59,544 nucleotides of DNA from Fimbriimonadia bacterium. Its GTDB lineage: Bacteria; Armatimonadota; Fimbriimonadia; Fimbriimonadales; JABRVX01. Below, piece after piece: positions 1 to 9,115 of the stretch. The stretch's first letter is position 1, and each line of letters starts with the position of its first letter. The stretch covers positions 1-59,544 of the forward strand of contig JBGPGO010000019.1 in NCBI GenBank assembly GCA_041483895.1. The letters run 5' to 3'. Under the pieces are notes generated by a model. That model did no database searches, had not been told where the DNA came from, and saw only the letters and a list, made by a program, of their open reading frames with translations. The translations under genes were made by a program, and so were the position numbers.

Positions 1-1063
1 TATCCTCGCACTCCACCTTGATCGTGTGGTTGCCGTCGGTAAGGGTGGTGGTGTCGACGGTACAGGTAAGCGGCTGACCGTTCGGCACCGTGCATTTCAA
101 AACGTTGTCAATATAGACCCTCGACTCACGAATTGGCGTAGTGGCGGGGATGTTGTCACAGGTCCAGGTTATGGTGGCAGAACCTCGCAGGCAGCCATTC
201 GGCCCGGTGACGTTGACGATGGGGGGCGTGGAATCGATAAGGATTTCCTTTGGACCGACGGTGGTCAGGTTGGGGAACGACCAACAAATAGAATTGTCGC
301 TGTTCACCAAGACCTCATCGTCCGTCACATCAAATTCTATGCTGTACCTTCCGTCGGGAACGATCGAAGCGTCAAAGAACCGGCTAAATGCCATGGGGCT
401 GGCATTTTTGCCCCCGGTCTCGTTTATTAGGCCTGAAATCTCATACGAGCCGATATTGCAGTCGTCGCTCGCAGAAAAACGGACCTCGACATTCGTGTCC
501 GATCTGTTGTAACAAGGCTTAAAGGGGATTACTTGGAAATCCGCGACGGGCGGAACTCGGTCGATTTTTACTCGTACGCTGTCCCGTGCGATCACGTCCT
601 TGGGGTGATTTATAGTATCTATGTTTCGTATTTGGGCCTCCAAGTAATATACGCCGTCGGGAACGGAGCCGACGGGATCATTCTTGAAGCTTACACAAGG
701 TGATAGAGTAAGGTGTCCACACCCACTTACGCACTGAAACGAATCACTACGTACTTTGATGTTGTCAACAGTCTTATCGGGTTCGGAGTCCAACCATCCG
801 ACAACAAGAACCTCGTAGCCGGCCGGAGTGTTAATCAGGGTATCTAGTAGGACAGCCAAAGCATCCGTATGTTGAGGGTCATTGGAGAGCGTCGAATAGC
901 AGGGGATGCCTGCGGAATCGTCCGGCGAACGGATGATAATTCCACTGTCCGCCGAGAATAAGGCGCCCCCAGAATCGAGCGCGCCATTGGCGTTGGTCTG
1001 CGCCCACCCCCCGATTGCGCAGAACACCAAAGCCGATACAATTATCGACCGCAAATACTCCAT
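1..1063 (-). CDS. Secreted Cys-rich Ig-like repeat protein, 5' part only (runs off the window); paralog of 3523..5652
   Basis: Not in the ORF track because it has no stop in the window. Manual translation from ATG 1063 is open to base 1: MEYLRSIIVSALVFCAIGGWAQ...SDSFQCVSGC...PDGVYYL...KIDRVPP...KPCYNRSDTNVEVRFSASDDC...IDSTPPIV...DTTTLTDGNHTIKVECED. It is colinear with 3523..5652 and shares an identical 21 bp across the RBS/start. Confidence 0.9.
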   Translation of the reverse strand, partial: MEYLRSIIVSALVFCAIGGWAQTNANGALDSGGALFSADSGIIIRSPDDSAGIPCYSTLSNDPQHTDALAVLLDTLINTPAGYEVLVVGWLDSEPDKTVDNIKVRSDSFQCVSGCGHLTLSPCVSFKNDPVGSVPDGVYYLEAQIRNIDTINHPKDVIARDSVRVKIDRVPPVADFQVIPFKPCYNRSDTNVEVRFSASDDCNIGSYEISGLINETGGKNASPMAFSRFFDASIVPDGRYSIEFDVTDDEVLVNSDNSICWSFPNLTTVGPKEILIDSTPPIVNVTGPNGCLRGSATITWTCDNIPATTPIRESRVYIDNVLKCTVPNGQPLTCTVDTTTLTDGNHTIKVECED

Positions 1064-1238
1064 TGCCCTCTTCCTTCCGTTAATCAAAACGACCCTTCGG
1101 TCAAGGGTTTACTGCTTCTCGAAAGCCAATTCTAGCGACGAGGGCTGACCTAATCATCCACCCATTACGTTCACGACTGGCAAGCGATATTGAACGGGCC
1201 ATTGGCCACGCGCAAAAACCCCTAGAATAACCACCTAC

Positions 1239-1267
1239 ATTCTACATGCAAAATTGACATCCGTCAA
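1239..1267 (-). promoter_or_regulatory. Sigma70-type promoter TTGACG-N17-TAGAAT with overlapping palindrome ATTGAC-N4-GTCAAT (1253-1268)
   Basis: Near-consensus elements, conserved in the paralogous region 5829-5857. Confidence 0.75.
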
Positions 1268-1325
1268 TCACTTAGCCATTAAATCCCATAGTCTAGTCAG
1301 GTTAATGGCTGTCCGTATGACTGGC

Positions 1326-1356
1326 AAAGAAAAAGCCCGGGCTGTCAAGCCCGAGC
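1326..1356 (-). terminator. Intrinsic terminator after 1381..3255
   Basis: Minus strand reads GCTCGGGCT-TGAC-AGCCCGGGC followed by TTTTTCTTT. Confidence 0.75.
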
Positions 1357-1380
1357 AATTCTAACAGTATTGGAGGTTTG

Positions 1381-3255
1381 TTAGTTCTCTCCAATCGACA
1401 TGAAATTCAGCATTACGAGATTGAAGTCTTCTGCGCCGACCTGCCGATCCCCGTCAATATCACCGGGTAGATCGCCGGTTTGGAAGAAACTCACGAATAC
1501 CACGTTCAAATCCAGCAAGCCGACCTGATTGTCTCCGTCGGCGTCTCCGGGGATGAGCTCTACGTCCTGACCGGTGGAAAGTTGGCAGGGGACCGGGTTG
1601 GGCAGGTTGTACATCACCACTTTCGCCGTGAGATAGCCTTTCGCGCTGATCAGTATCTTAACTGGTGTCTGGACAGGGGCAGAGTTGCCGAGCGGAACCA
1701 GATAGAATCCGTTCGATGATTGAGGAGCCCACGTGTCAGCAAGCAAGACGTTGTTCGCATCGAATACTCGGAAATGCAGCTTCGCAGCCGACTGATCGAG
1801 GACAAGATTTGGCTTATTATTCCACCATCCTTGCATCGTCACGAATTGCGGAACATTCTGGTAATCGGTCTGGTATTCGTAGGCGCCTTTGTCAGCATAT
1901 TTGATGGTCCAGCCTCGGCTGTTGACCGGCCGCATCGCCCCGGCGAAGTCGCTTGCCAGATTATTATTCATGCCATAGTCGCGCCCAGGGCTGTCCGGCG
2001 TAAGCTGGAAGCTAACGGGGTCGCTGAGGTAAACGCGGTTCAAATACATTGGATCTTCTTCCAGCACCGACCATTTGAAGTTGTCAGCATCGGCAGGATC
2101 GTCGAACGTCCCGTTCGTATTCGCCCAGGCGCTGCAATAACCGACATTGAACCCGGTGCCGGCGTTTCTGCCAATGGCAGCCTTTGGTCCGGAATTATAA
2201 GTATATAGTTCATTTCGAAGAACTGCGCTAGCGCTGTCAAATATCGATAGCGCAGACACGCCAACCGTGCTCCGATTATCACTAACCGTATTGTTCACAA
2301 AGTAGGCCGCTGAGGCATAGCCATGTACCGTTATTGCGCCAGTGCCGGCGACATTTTGCGTTATCAAATTGTTGGCAATTGTGTTGGAAGTGTAATAATA
2401 GCAGTCCAGCGCGGCCCCAAAGTTCGCCTGGTTGGATGTGATGATGTTCTGGATAATGTTCAATCGCTGGACGCCATACATATAAATACCGCCACCGCCC
2501 TCGGTCGTTGTGGAAGTCGCAACGTTGTTCCGGATTGTGCTCCCCGATATCAATCCATCCCCGCTCCTTAACCCTATGCCTCCACCCTTGACGGCCTTGC
2601 AATTCTCGACATCCAGTTTCGAGGCGTTCACTACCGCTCCAACCTCATAGAGGCCGCCCCCGATCGCCGCGCTAAGGCATTTGCGTATCGTGACGGAATC
2701 GAGGGTCGTGGAGCCGTTTGTGATAGAGATACCGCCACCGTTCCCTGATGCCGTCGTCGTGCAATTCGTCACCGTACAGTTGCGAATCACGGCGTTCGTG
2801 GCGGAATAGAGGTAGATGCCGCCTCCATGCCAGTTGATCGTTCCATTTTGGACGGTAAGCCGGTCCAGGACCGTACCGTCGCAGGAGTCGACGCGGATGG
2901 GCTGATACAGCCCGCCGCCGTCAATCACGGTCGCTCCACCGCTCCGCTGGCCGAGAGAGGTCTCCGAGCCGTCTTTCTTGAAGCCGCCGTACAGCTCCAC
3001 TCCGGCCGTCGAGATCGTCAAACTCTCAAAGTAAGTGCCTTCTTGGATCCAAATCTGTGTCGGGCCGGAAACGGCTGCCAGCGCTCCTCCAACGGTTCGC
3101 TTGGCTGCGGCCCAGCTCCCGCCGCTGTTGCCGTCGTTGCTGGTTTGGGCTTGGGATACTCGAATCACGTTCACGGCGCCGACAGCCGCGGACGTGAAGA
3201 CCATTGTGGCTAGAGCAAGCCAATGCAATACGTTACAAAAATTCCTCGAGTTCAC
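1381..3255 (-). CDS. Secreted right-handed beta-helix (pectin lyase-like fold) protein with C-terminal dockerin-like duplicated Ca-binding repeat
   Basis: Signal peptide; 'G.SW..A' and 'QIWIQEGTY' N-terminal motifs; repeated 'GGGIY' beta-helix units; 'DKGAYEY'; tail GDADGDNQVGLLD...GDIDGDRQVGAED. GTG 3255 has AGGAG 7 nt upstream (the ORF extends to 3291). Confidence 0.85.
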   Translation of the reverse strand: MNSRNFCNVLHWLALATMVFTSAAVGAVNVIRVSQAQTSNDGNSGGSWAAAKRTVGGALAAVSGPTQIWIQEGTYFESLTISTAGVELYGGFKKDGSETSLGQRSGGATVIDGGGLYQPIRVDSCDGTVLDRLTVQNGTINWHGGGIYLYSATNAVIRNCTVTNCTTTASGNGGGISITNGSTTLDSVTIRKCLSAAIGGGLYEVGAVVNASKLDVENCKAVKGGGIGLRSGDGLISGSTIRNNVATSTTTEGGGGIYMYGVQRLNIIQNIITSNQANFGAALDCYYYTSNTIANNLITQNVAGTGAITVHGYASAAYFVNNTVSDNRSTVGVSALSIFDSASAVLRNELYTYNSGPKAAIGRNAGTGFNVGYCSAWANTNGTFDDPADADNFKWSVLEEDPMYLNRVYLSDPVSFQLTPDSPGRDYGMNNNLASDFAGAMRPVNSRGWTIKYADKGAYEYQTDYQNVPQFVTMQGWWNNKPNLVLDQSAAKLHFRVFDANNVLLADTWAPQSSNGFYLVPLGNSAPVQTPVKILISAKGYLTAKVVMYNLPNPVPCQLSTGQDVELIPGDADGDNQVGLLDLNVVFVSFFQTGDLPGDIDGDRQVGAEDFNLVMLNFMSIGEN

Positions 3256-3477
3256 GGTGCCGCTCCTTTTAGAAGGGTTCATCTGGCCCAATGGGGGCCA
3301 TCAAGCCAGATTTTTCCGTGCAACCGTGCCAATTGGTCTGGTAACCATTCGGTTCTTTGCATAACCTGTATATTGTCGGGAGACCGAGTGGCATCGTGCC
3401 AAATATCGTGATTCCCTGGAAACACAGGTAGTTGAACTAGGTTTTTATAAGGGTTCTTTTGCATTTGTTGTTATGAG

Positions 3478-3506
3478 GCCGCCCCTGGACTAAGCCCAGG
3501 GGCGGC
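3478..3506. terminator. 11-bp GC-rich hairpin after 3523..5652 (terminator or stabilising stem; no clear U tract)
   Basis: GCCGCCCCTGG-actaagc-CCAGGGGCGGC. Confidence 0.55.
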
Positions 3507-3522
3507 AATTGAACTAACTAAT

Positions 3523-5652
3523 CTAGTGCCAAAGGAACGAGTTGGCCTGTTCGATCAACAGACATCCGACCGGCTCTTCTACAGAATCGATCATGTATCC
3601 CGTCTCGAACCGAACGTCCTTCAGGCCCTTCTCCGGACCGTTGATGTCGATGAAGTCATCGAAGGAGGTCGAGGCAAAGGCAACGACCGTCTCGAACTCC
3701 AGCAGACCCTCAAGCGGATCCGAGTTGTCGAGAGCATCCTTCAACGCCTGGACGACATCAGCCGCGATCTTGCACTTCTGGGTGCGGCCGATGGCCACGG
3801 TCGCGAAGTAATCGATGTTACATCGAATTACGTCTTTGTCCGGGAGTTCGACCTTCCAGCACATCTCCTTCTTGATCGGCGCGCCGATTCGGCCGGTCAC
3901 CGGGTCGCGAATAACGTACTGGACCTCGAGAGTGTATAGAGTGCAGGGCGGCGAGAACAACAGGCAGCGATCGCCGAGGCATCGGTCAGTAAGCAGTAGC
4001 TTGAAGGCTACCTGGCAGACTGAATCGTCCAAGTTTGTGGTGTGAGCCACGCTCTGCTGCTTGAAGTTGGTGTTGAGTCCAGAACCGGGACCGAACGTGA
4101 ATGCACCGCACTTGTAGAGCGGAGTGACCTTCGATACGGTGACGGTCTGAATGATCAGGTTCTGATCGATGGTTACGCCATTGCAGTTCAGAACGTCGCG
4201 AAGCGTAATATCATCGATGTTGAGGACTTCCGGCCTATAGAGCTGCTTCGTGACTCCGTCGAACGGATCGGTTACGGTACCCGCGGTTCGCCAAATCAGG
4301 TTCGGCAAGATGACGCAATCGCACTCGCCAACGAACCTCTGAAGCTTGAAAGACTTATTGGCCGAGTTGCCGCATGTGTCGGTAGCGGTAAGCACAAACG
4401 TATGGCAATTGACGTCGCCGGGCGTATAGACGGAGGAACCGGATGATCCGGAGCCGTTCGTCGTGCCAAGGCCCACTGTTCCGCCATCGACCAGCAGCGT
4501 CCAAGTCACAGACTCGTTGAAGCTGAACTGAATGGTGAACGAGGTGGTACTGAACTTGACGCAGACGTTCGGATCGCCGCTCGGATTGGTTACCGTTATC
4601 GTCGGCGGAGTGTTGTCCACGGAGAAATTGACAATCGACGAGGCGCCGGTGTTCAGGCAGGCATCGTCGACTTCAATCTTCATCGTGTGAGGTCCGTCCG
4701 ACAGGGTCGTCGTATCCAGGCTGAACGAGTTCACACCTTGGACAGCCGCCTGTGTCTTCTTCAGGACGCCGTCGATGAAGATTCGCGCATTACCGAGGGC
4801 TGTCGTGGCAGGGCTATTGTTAACGTTGAAATTAACAGTAATGGTCCCCTTGAGACAGGTCCCGGGTGAGTTCAGCGTTACGATAGGCGGCGTACTGTCG
4901 ACCTGGAATTCGATTGTCTTTGTTGAAACGTTCGAACCGGTCGGGCAGAACGTCGCTGTATCGTCGCCAACATTGTCGTGAACTTCGAACGTAATCGAAT
5001 AGTTGCCGTCCGGCAAAAGCGATGCATTCAAGGTTCGGTTGAAGTCATAGCTGTTGGCCGCGCCGCCGGACTCCACGATTGCGCCGGAGATCTTATAGGA
5101 TCGGATTTTGCAAGCGTCGCTGGCTGTGAAGTGAACCTGAATGTTCGTGTCCTTTGAACTATAACAGGACTTATTCGGGTTCATCGTCACGTCGATTGTC
5201 GGCGGCACGCGATCAATTTGGATCTTCTCGGTGTCACTGAACAATACCGTACCATCGGAAATGCGCCGGACCATCGCGGTGAGTGTGTAGACACCGTCCG
5301 GGATGCCCGCAAAGTCTAGACATGGCCGCAAAGTGTTCTGGGCACAACCGTTCGGACATTGAAAAGCGTCGCTTTGGGTCTTTTTCGTCGGATCCGAGTC
5401 CAATGTCGCGATCACGATTACTTCGTTGCCCGCCGAAATGTTTTCGGTTTGAATTTCGACGAGGACCTTCTGACTAAAACAGAGTATCCCGAAATCGTCG
5501 ACGGGCGAATTGATGTTAAGTTGGTCGTTGGCAGCGCCCGTGCGCAGATTGATGTTGTTTCGGTCGTCGTTGTTCCCATTTTTATCCTGGGCCCAACCAC
5601 CAATCATGCCGAGAGCCAACGCTGCGCAACATAGCGAGCGTAAAAACTGCAT
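3523..5652 (-). CDS. Secreted Cys-rich protein with about 4 bacterial Ig-like repeats and an unrecognised C-terminal domain
   Basis: Signal peptide ending GWA|Q; Ig-type linkers IDRVPP, VDSTPP, VDNTPP; 'LPDGNYSITFEVHD' and 'LSDGPHTMKIEVDD'; 26 Cys counted. Confidence 0.85.
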   Translation of the reverse strand: MQFLRSLCCAALALGMIGGWAQDKNGNNDDRNNINLRTGAANDQLNINSPVDDFGILCFSQKVLVEIQTENISAGNEVIVIATLDSDPTKKTQSDAFQCPNGCAQNTLRPCLDFAGIPDGVYTLTAMVRRISDGTVLFSDTEKIQIDRVPPTIDVTMNPNKSCYSSKDTNIQVHFTASDACKIRSYKISGAIVESGGAANSYDFNRTLNASLLPDGNYSITFEVHDNVGDDTATFCPTGSNVSTKTIEFQVDSTPPIVTLNSPGTCLKGTITVNFNVNNSPATTALGNARIFIDGVLKKTQAAVQGVNSFSLDTTTLSDGPHTMKIEVDDACLNTGASSIVNFSVDNTPPTITVTNPSGDPNVCVKFSTTSFTIQFSFNESVTWTLLVDGGTVGLGTTNGSGSSGSSVYTPGDVNCHTFVLTATDTCGNSANKSFKLQRFVGECDCVILPNLIWRTAGTVTDPFDGVTKQLYRPEVLNIDDITLRDVLNCNGVTIDQNLIIQTVTVSKVTPLYKCGAFTFGPGSGLNTNFKQQSVAHTTNLDDSVCQVAFKLLLTDRCLGDRCLLFSPPCTLYTLEVQYVIRDPVTGRIGAPIKKEMCWKVELPDKDVIRCNIDYFATVAIGRTQKCKIAADVVQALKDALDNSDPLEGLLEFETVVAFASTSFDDFIDINGPEKGLKDVRFETGYMIDSVEEPVGCLLIEQANSFLWH

Positions 5653-5828
5653 TGCCCTCTTCCTTCCGTTTACTACAGAATGTGCGCCTTCCGGTTTACA
5701 TCTTGCTCTTTAGCGCCATCAGAGAGCCAATTCGGCCGTAAACCACACAGTCCCCACTCGGAGCCAAACCCCTCTTCGGCTGCCACGGGGGGCATTCAAA
5801 CGCAATAACCCCCAAGAGACCACTCTTT

Positions 5829-5857
5829 ATTGTACATGCAGAATTGCGATACGTCAA
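5829..5857 (-). promoter_or_regulatory. Sigma70-type promoter TTGACG-N17-TACAAT
   Basis: Near-consensus; same -35 and spacer end (TGCATG) as 1239-1267. Confidence 0.75.
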
Positions 5858-5906
5858 TTTTCTGGCAAAGAAAAAGTATAGTCTAGTCTTGTTACCTGGA
5901 GGATGC

Positions 5907-7724
5907 TCAATCGTCTCCGCGCTCCGAAAAATGGATCAAAATAAGGTTCAAATCCAGATTCCCCACAATTCCGTCCCCGTCTATGTCCCCCGGCGAGCCG
6001 TCCTGACGCAAAAAGTCCACAAATACCTGGTTGAGGTCCAAGCTGCCGACGACGTTGTCTCCGTCCGTGTCACCAGGCATCAGGACCGTGGGAACGGTCT
6101 GGTCCGGGAACTCGATACCCGGCGATAGGTAGGCCGGGAGCGGTGAAGGCACGTGCGGCATCAAGAGCTTCTTCTTCAAGTAGCCTTTCGCGCTCATTAG
6201 GATTTTCAGCGGCAGGGCGTAATTTTGCGAATTGTCGATCGGGACGAGATAGAAGCCGTTGGCTGACCTTGGCGCCCACATATCCGAGATGAGCTTGCCT
6301 TGACCGTCATACACCTCGAAGCGGAGCATTGCCTGCGAAGGACTGCCGGCGTAGCCGTCGAGTTGAGCATATTGTTGAACCGCTTGGTATTCGAATGCGC
6401 CTTTGTCGGCATACGAGACCGACCAGCCCCGGCTGTTTACCGGCCGCGCAGCCCCGCCAAAATCCACCGATAGATTGTTCTGTCCATAGTCGCGGACCGG
6501 GCTCGTAGGGGTCAGTTGGTACGAATCGGGGTTGCCGAGATAGGTTCGATTGAGGTAGAGCGGGTCCTCATACAAAACGGCATTCTTGTTGGTGTCGGCA
6601 TCCGCCGGGCTGTCGAATGTCCCATGCGCGTTGCCGAACGCGCTGGAGTATCCCCAGTTCCAGTTCGAGGTCAGATCTCGGCCCAACGCTGCCTTTGGAC
6701 CTGAATTGAACGTGTATAGCTCGCTTCGTAGGATGGCGTTGGCTGTATCCCAGACATAAAGACCTGAAATGCCCACCGTGCTGGTATTGTCGCTCACCGT
6801 GTTGTTATAGAAGTACGGAGAGGAACCATAGCCATGGACAGCGTTGGTCGCGGTTCCAGCGCGATTCAAATTGATGACATTGTTCGAAATCGTGGTGGTC
6901 GTGTAATCGTAGCAATCAAGGGCGGAGCCGTAGTTTGCCTGGTTGGAGGAGATGACATTCTGCGCGATAGCGATCCTCTGGACGGTCCTCATGTAGATGC
7001 CGCCGCCGCCTTCCAAGCCAAGAGAGGTCGCGGTATTGTGTTGAATCAGGCTGTTCTTGATCACACCGTCTCCGTTGATCAACCCGATCCCGCCGCCAAC
7101 GGGCGCCGAGCAGTCCTCTATGAGCAGTCGATCCGCATTCAAGACGGCTCCCAGCTCATACAGTCCGCCACCGGCCATTGCGGCCTGGCAATTCCGGATC
7201 GTGACCCTTGTAAGCGTCGCGGAGCCGTTGATCACGGCGATGCCGCCCCCGTTGCCGGTCACCGTCGTCGTGCAGTTTTCGATAACGCAGTCCCGGAGTG
7301 TTGAGTTGGTTGCCGAATAGAGGTAGACGCCGCCGCCATGCCAATTCACGGTTCCACGTCGAATGGTAACCCGATCAAAGGTCACCCCGTCGGCACTATT
7401 TACTCGGAGCACGCGGGTTTGGTTCAGACCGTCAATTACGGTGGCGCCCCCGGATCTCTGGCTCAAAAGCGTTTCGGTGCCCTTGAATCCGCCATAGATC
7501 TCGACGCCGCTCACAGAGATGGTGGCGCTGTCATAGTAAGTCCCTTCGCGCACCCATATCTGGGTCGGGCCCTGGGCGGTTCCCACGGCGGAGCTAAGAC
7601 TTGTGTATGCTCGCGTCCAACTCGTCCCGTCCGTGTTGTTGCCGGACGGGGACACGTAGACCGTCTTGGCCGCCGATATGGCGACAACGCCGATCGCAAA
7701 GACCAGCGTCACAAATCTCCGCAT
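5907..7724 (-). CDS. Secreted beta-helix protein with C-terminal dockerin-like domain; paralog of 1381..3255
   Basis: MRRFVTLVFAIGVVAISAA signal; VYVSPSG..DGTSW; shared segments GTVNWHGGGVYLYSATN and RPVNSRGW; tail GDTDGDNVVGSLD...GDIDGDGIVGNLD. Confidence 0.87.
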   Translation of the reverse strand: MRRFVTLVFAIGVVAISAAKTVYVSPSGNNTDGTSWTRAYTSLSSAVGTAQGPTQIWVREGTYYDSATISVSGVEIYGGFKGTETLLSQRSGGATVIDGLNQTRVLRVNSADGVTFDRVTIRRGTVNWHGGGVYLYSATNSTLRDCVIENCTTTVTGNGGGIAVINGSATLTRVTIRNCQAAMAGGGLYELGAVLNADRLLIEDCSAPVGGGIGLINGDGVIKNSLIQHNTATSLGLEGGGGIYMRTVQRIAIAQNVISSNQANYGSALDCYDYTTTTISNNVINLNRAGTATNAVHGYGSSPYFYNNTVSDNTSTVGISGLYVWDTANAILRSELYTFNSGPKAALGRDLTSNWNWGYSSAFGNAHGTFDSPADADTNKNAVLYEDPLYLNRTYLGNPDSYQLTPTSPVRDYGQNNLSVDFGGAARPVNSRGWSVSYADKGAFEYQAVQQYAQLDGYAGSPSQAMLRFEVYDGQGKLISDMWAPRSANGFYLVPIDNSQNYALPLKILMSAKGYLKKKLLMPHVPSPLPAYLSPGIEFPDQTVPTVLMPGDTDGDNVVGSLDLNQVFVDFLRQDGSPGDIDGDGIVGNLDLNLILIHFSERGDD

Positions 7725-7976
7725 ACACCCCACATCGAATTGATTTTCGATTGTCTGATCCTTACGGCACGGATTTAGCATTAAACCGCAGTTCCCAAAC
7801 TGCTTCGAACGACCATGATAACCGATCACTTGCATCTTCGCTAGTCACTTCAAAGAGATTCCATGCCGATCATCAGACATTGAACCAGCGAGCCCTGTTC
7901 CTTATGTAGGCAGAAAGGCTTATCTGTTTTAGATATCCGCCAACATGCTCTCTAATTCTAGCCAATTCTCCACCAA

Positions 7977-8396
7977 ATGGGTAGAATCATGCCACAAATG
8001 CACAGGCCTACCCTGTCGATCTTAACTTCCTTTGTGGCCGCCGCCACAGTTCTGGGTGTCTTTTATTCGCACCAGTGGTATGGTCCCGTCGGCGCGCTCA
8101 ATCACTATCTGTACGCCATACGCCAAGAGGACCAGGCTACTATGGACCGCCTCGTTGTGCAGCCCGGACCGAATCTCACTTTGGCCCAGCTATCGGTCTA
8201 CAAGCGGGCGCTCAAATTCAATGTGGTCCGTACCCAACAAAGGGGTAATCTCTCTCGCGTGCAAATGGAATGCGTATTCCCCCCCGCCAGCGATCCTGTC
8301 GTGGTAGTGATGTTTTGGGTCCTGCTAGAGACGGACGGTCAGTGGAAGGTGGATTGGCGCCAAACGTTTATGGCCAATCCGAGGACATTGGGATGA
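7977..8396 (+). CDS. Membrane-anchored NTF2-like/DUF4878-like protein
   Basis: N-terminal TM; 'P..AL..YL.AI..ED' helix; C-terminal 'DGQWKVD'. Start uncertain (7977, 7989 or 7998). Confidence 0.65.
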   Translation: MGRIMPQMHRPTLSILTSFVAAATVLGVFYSHQWYGPVGALNHYLYAIRQEDQATMDRLVVQPGPNLTLAQLSVYKRALKFNVVRTQQRGNLSRVQMECVFPPASDPVVVVMFWVLLETDGQWKVDWRQTFMANPRTLG

Positions 8397-8827
8397 GAAT
8401 GTCCTGGAGAGTGATCGCGGGCTGGCTGCTCGTTGTGGCGATGGCGATCAGCATCGTCTTCCTCATCTTCTCCACCTCCGGCTCTCCGACGGGTGCAGCC
8501 TATGAATTCATCCATGCGGTTGCGAAAAAGGATGCCGCGAAGGCGGCCGAGCTGACCTGGCTGCCACCGGGAAGTCCCCCCGCAAAGCAGCAATGGGAAA
8601 CGCTGTTTTCCGGAAAGCTCAAAAACTTCCAATGTCTGCCGGATCCCGCGCCAATCATGGCCGAACCAAGCGGGAATAGCGCCTTGGTGAAGATAACCTT
8701 CCACCTGGACCCTTCCGGCCCAGTGCGCGAGACGGACCTGCAGATACCGATGAAGCTGGTTGATGGAAAATGGAAGGTGGATGTGACGCGGACGGCGACC
8801 ACTGTTTGGCCGGCGCTGCCCAAGTAG
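8393..8827 (+). CDS. Second NTF2-like/DUF4878-like membrane-anchored protein
   Basis: ATGA overlap with the previous stop; TM; 'SPTGAAYEFIHAVAKKD'; 'MKLVDGKWKVD'. Confidence 0.7.
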   Translation: MRMSWRVIAGWLLVVAMAISIVFLIFSTSGSPTGAAYEFIHAVAKKDAAKAAELTWLPPGSPPAKQQWETLFSGKLKNFQCLPDPAPIMAEPSGNSALVKITFHLDPSGPVRETDLQIPMKLVDGKWKVDVTRTATTVWPALPK

Positions 8828-8830
8828 GGC

Positions 8831-9067
8831 CTAGCCTTTGCCGATTTCGATATCAAGGGCTGCGGGATTCTGGGCAAACGACATGATGAATCCGCAGACC
8901 GTGCACATCCTGGTCTCGACCGGCGTCTTTCGAACCGACACCCCGTACATATTGCGGTGTCTGCCATGGAATTCCGCGACGTGCTCGTTGTCCTTCGATG
9001 CGATCAGATAGCCTGGGGCGGTCTCGCCGCCGCAGAGCGTACAGGTGTGGTTGCCATTCTCAGCCAT
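8831..9067 (-). CDS. Small zinc-ribbon protein
   Basis: CTLCGG...GY and CTVCG pairs in 78 aa. Confidence 0.7.
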   Translation of the reverse strand: MAENGNHTCTLCGGETAPGYLIASKDNEHVAEFHGRHRNMYGVSVRKTPVETRMCTVCGFIMSFAQNPAALDIEIGKG

Positions 9068-9115
9068 GATTCAGATCATTGGAAGGCCTCGGCCGCTCCT
9101 TAACTGCCGAATCGG

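Noticed and set aside
3318..3403. Sigma54 promoters from two TGGCACG motifs upstream of 1381..3255
   Set aside because: Neither has GC at the required GG-N10-GC spacing.
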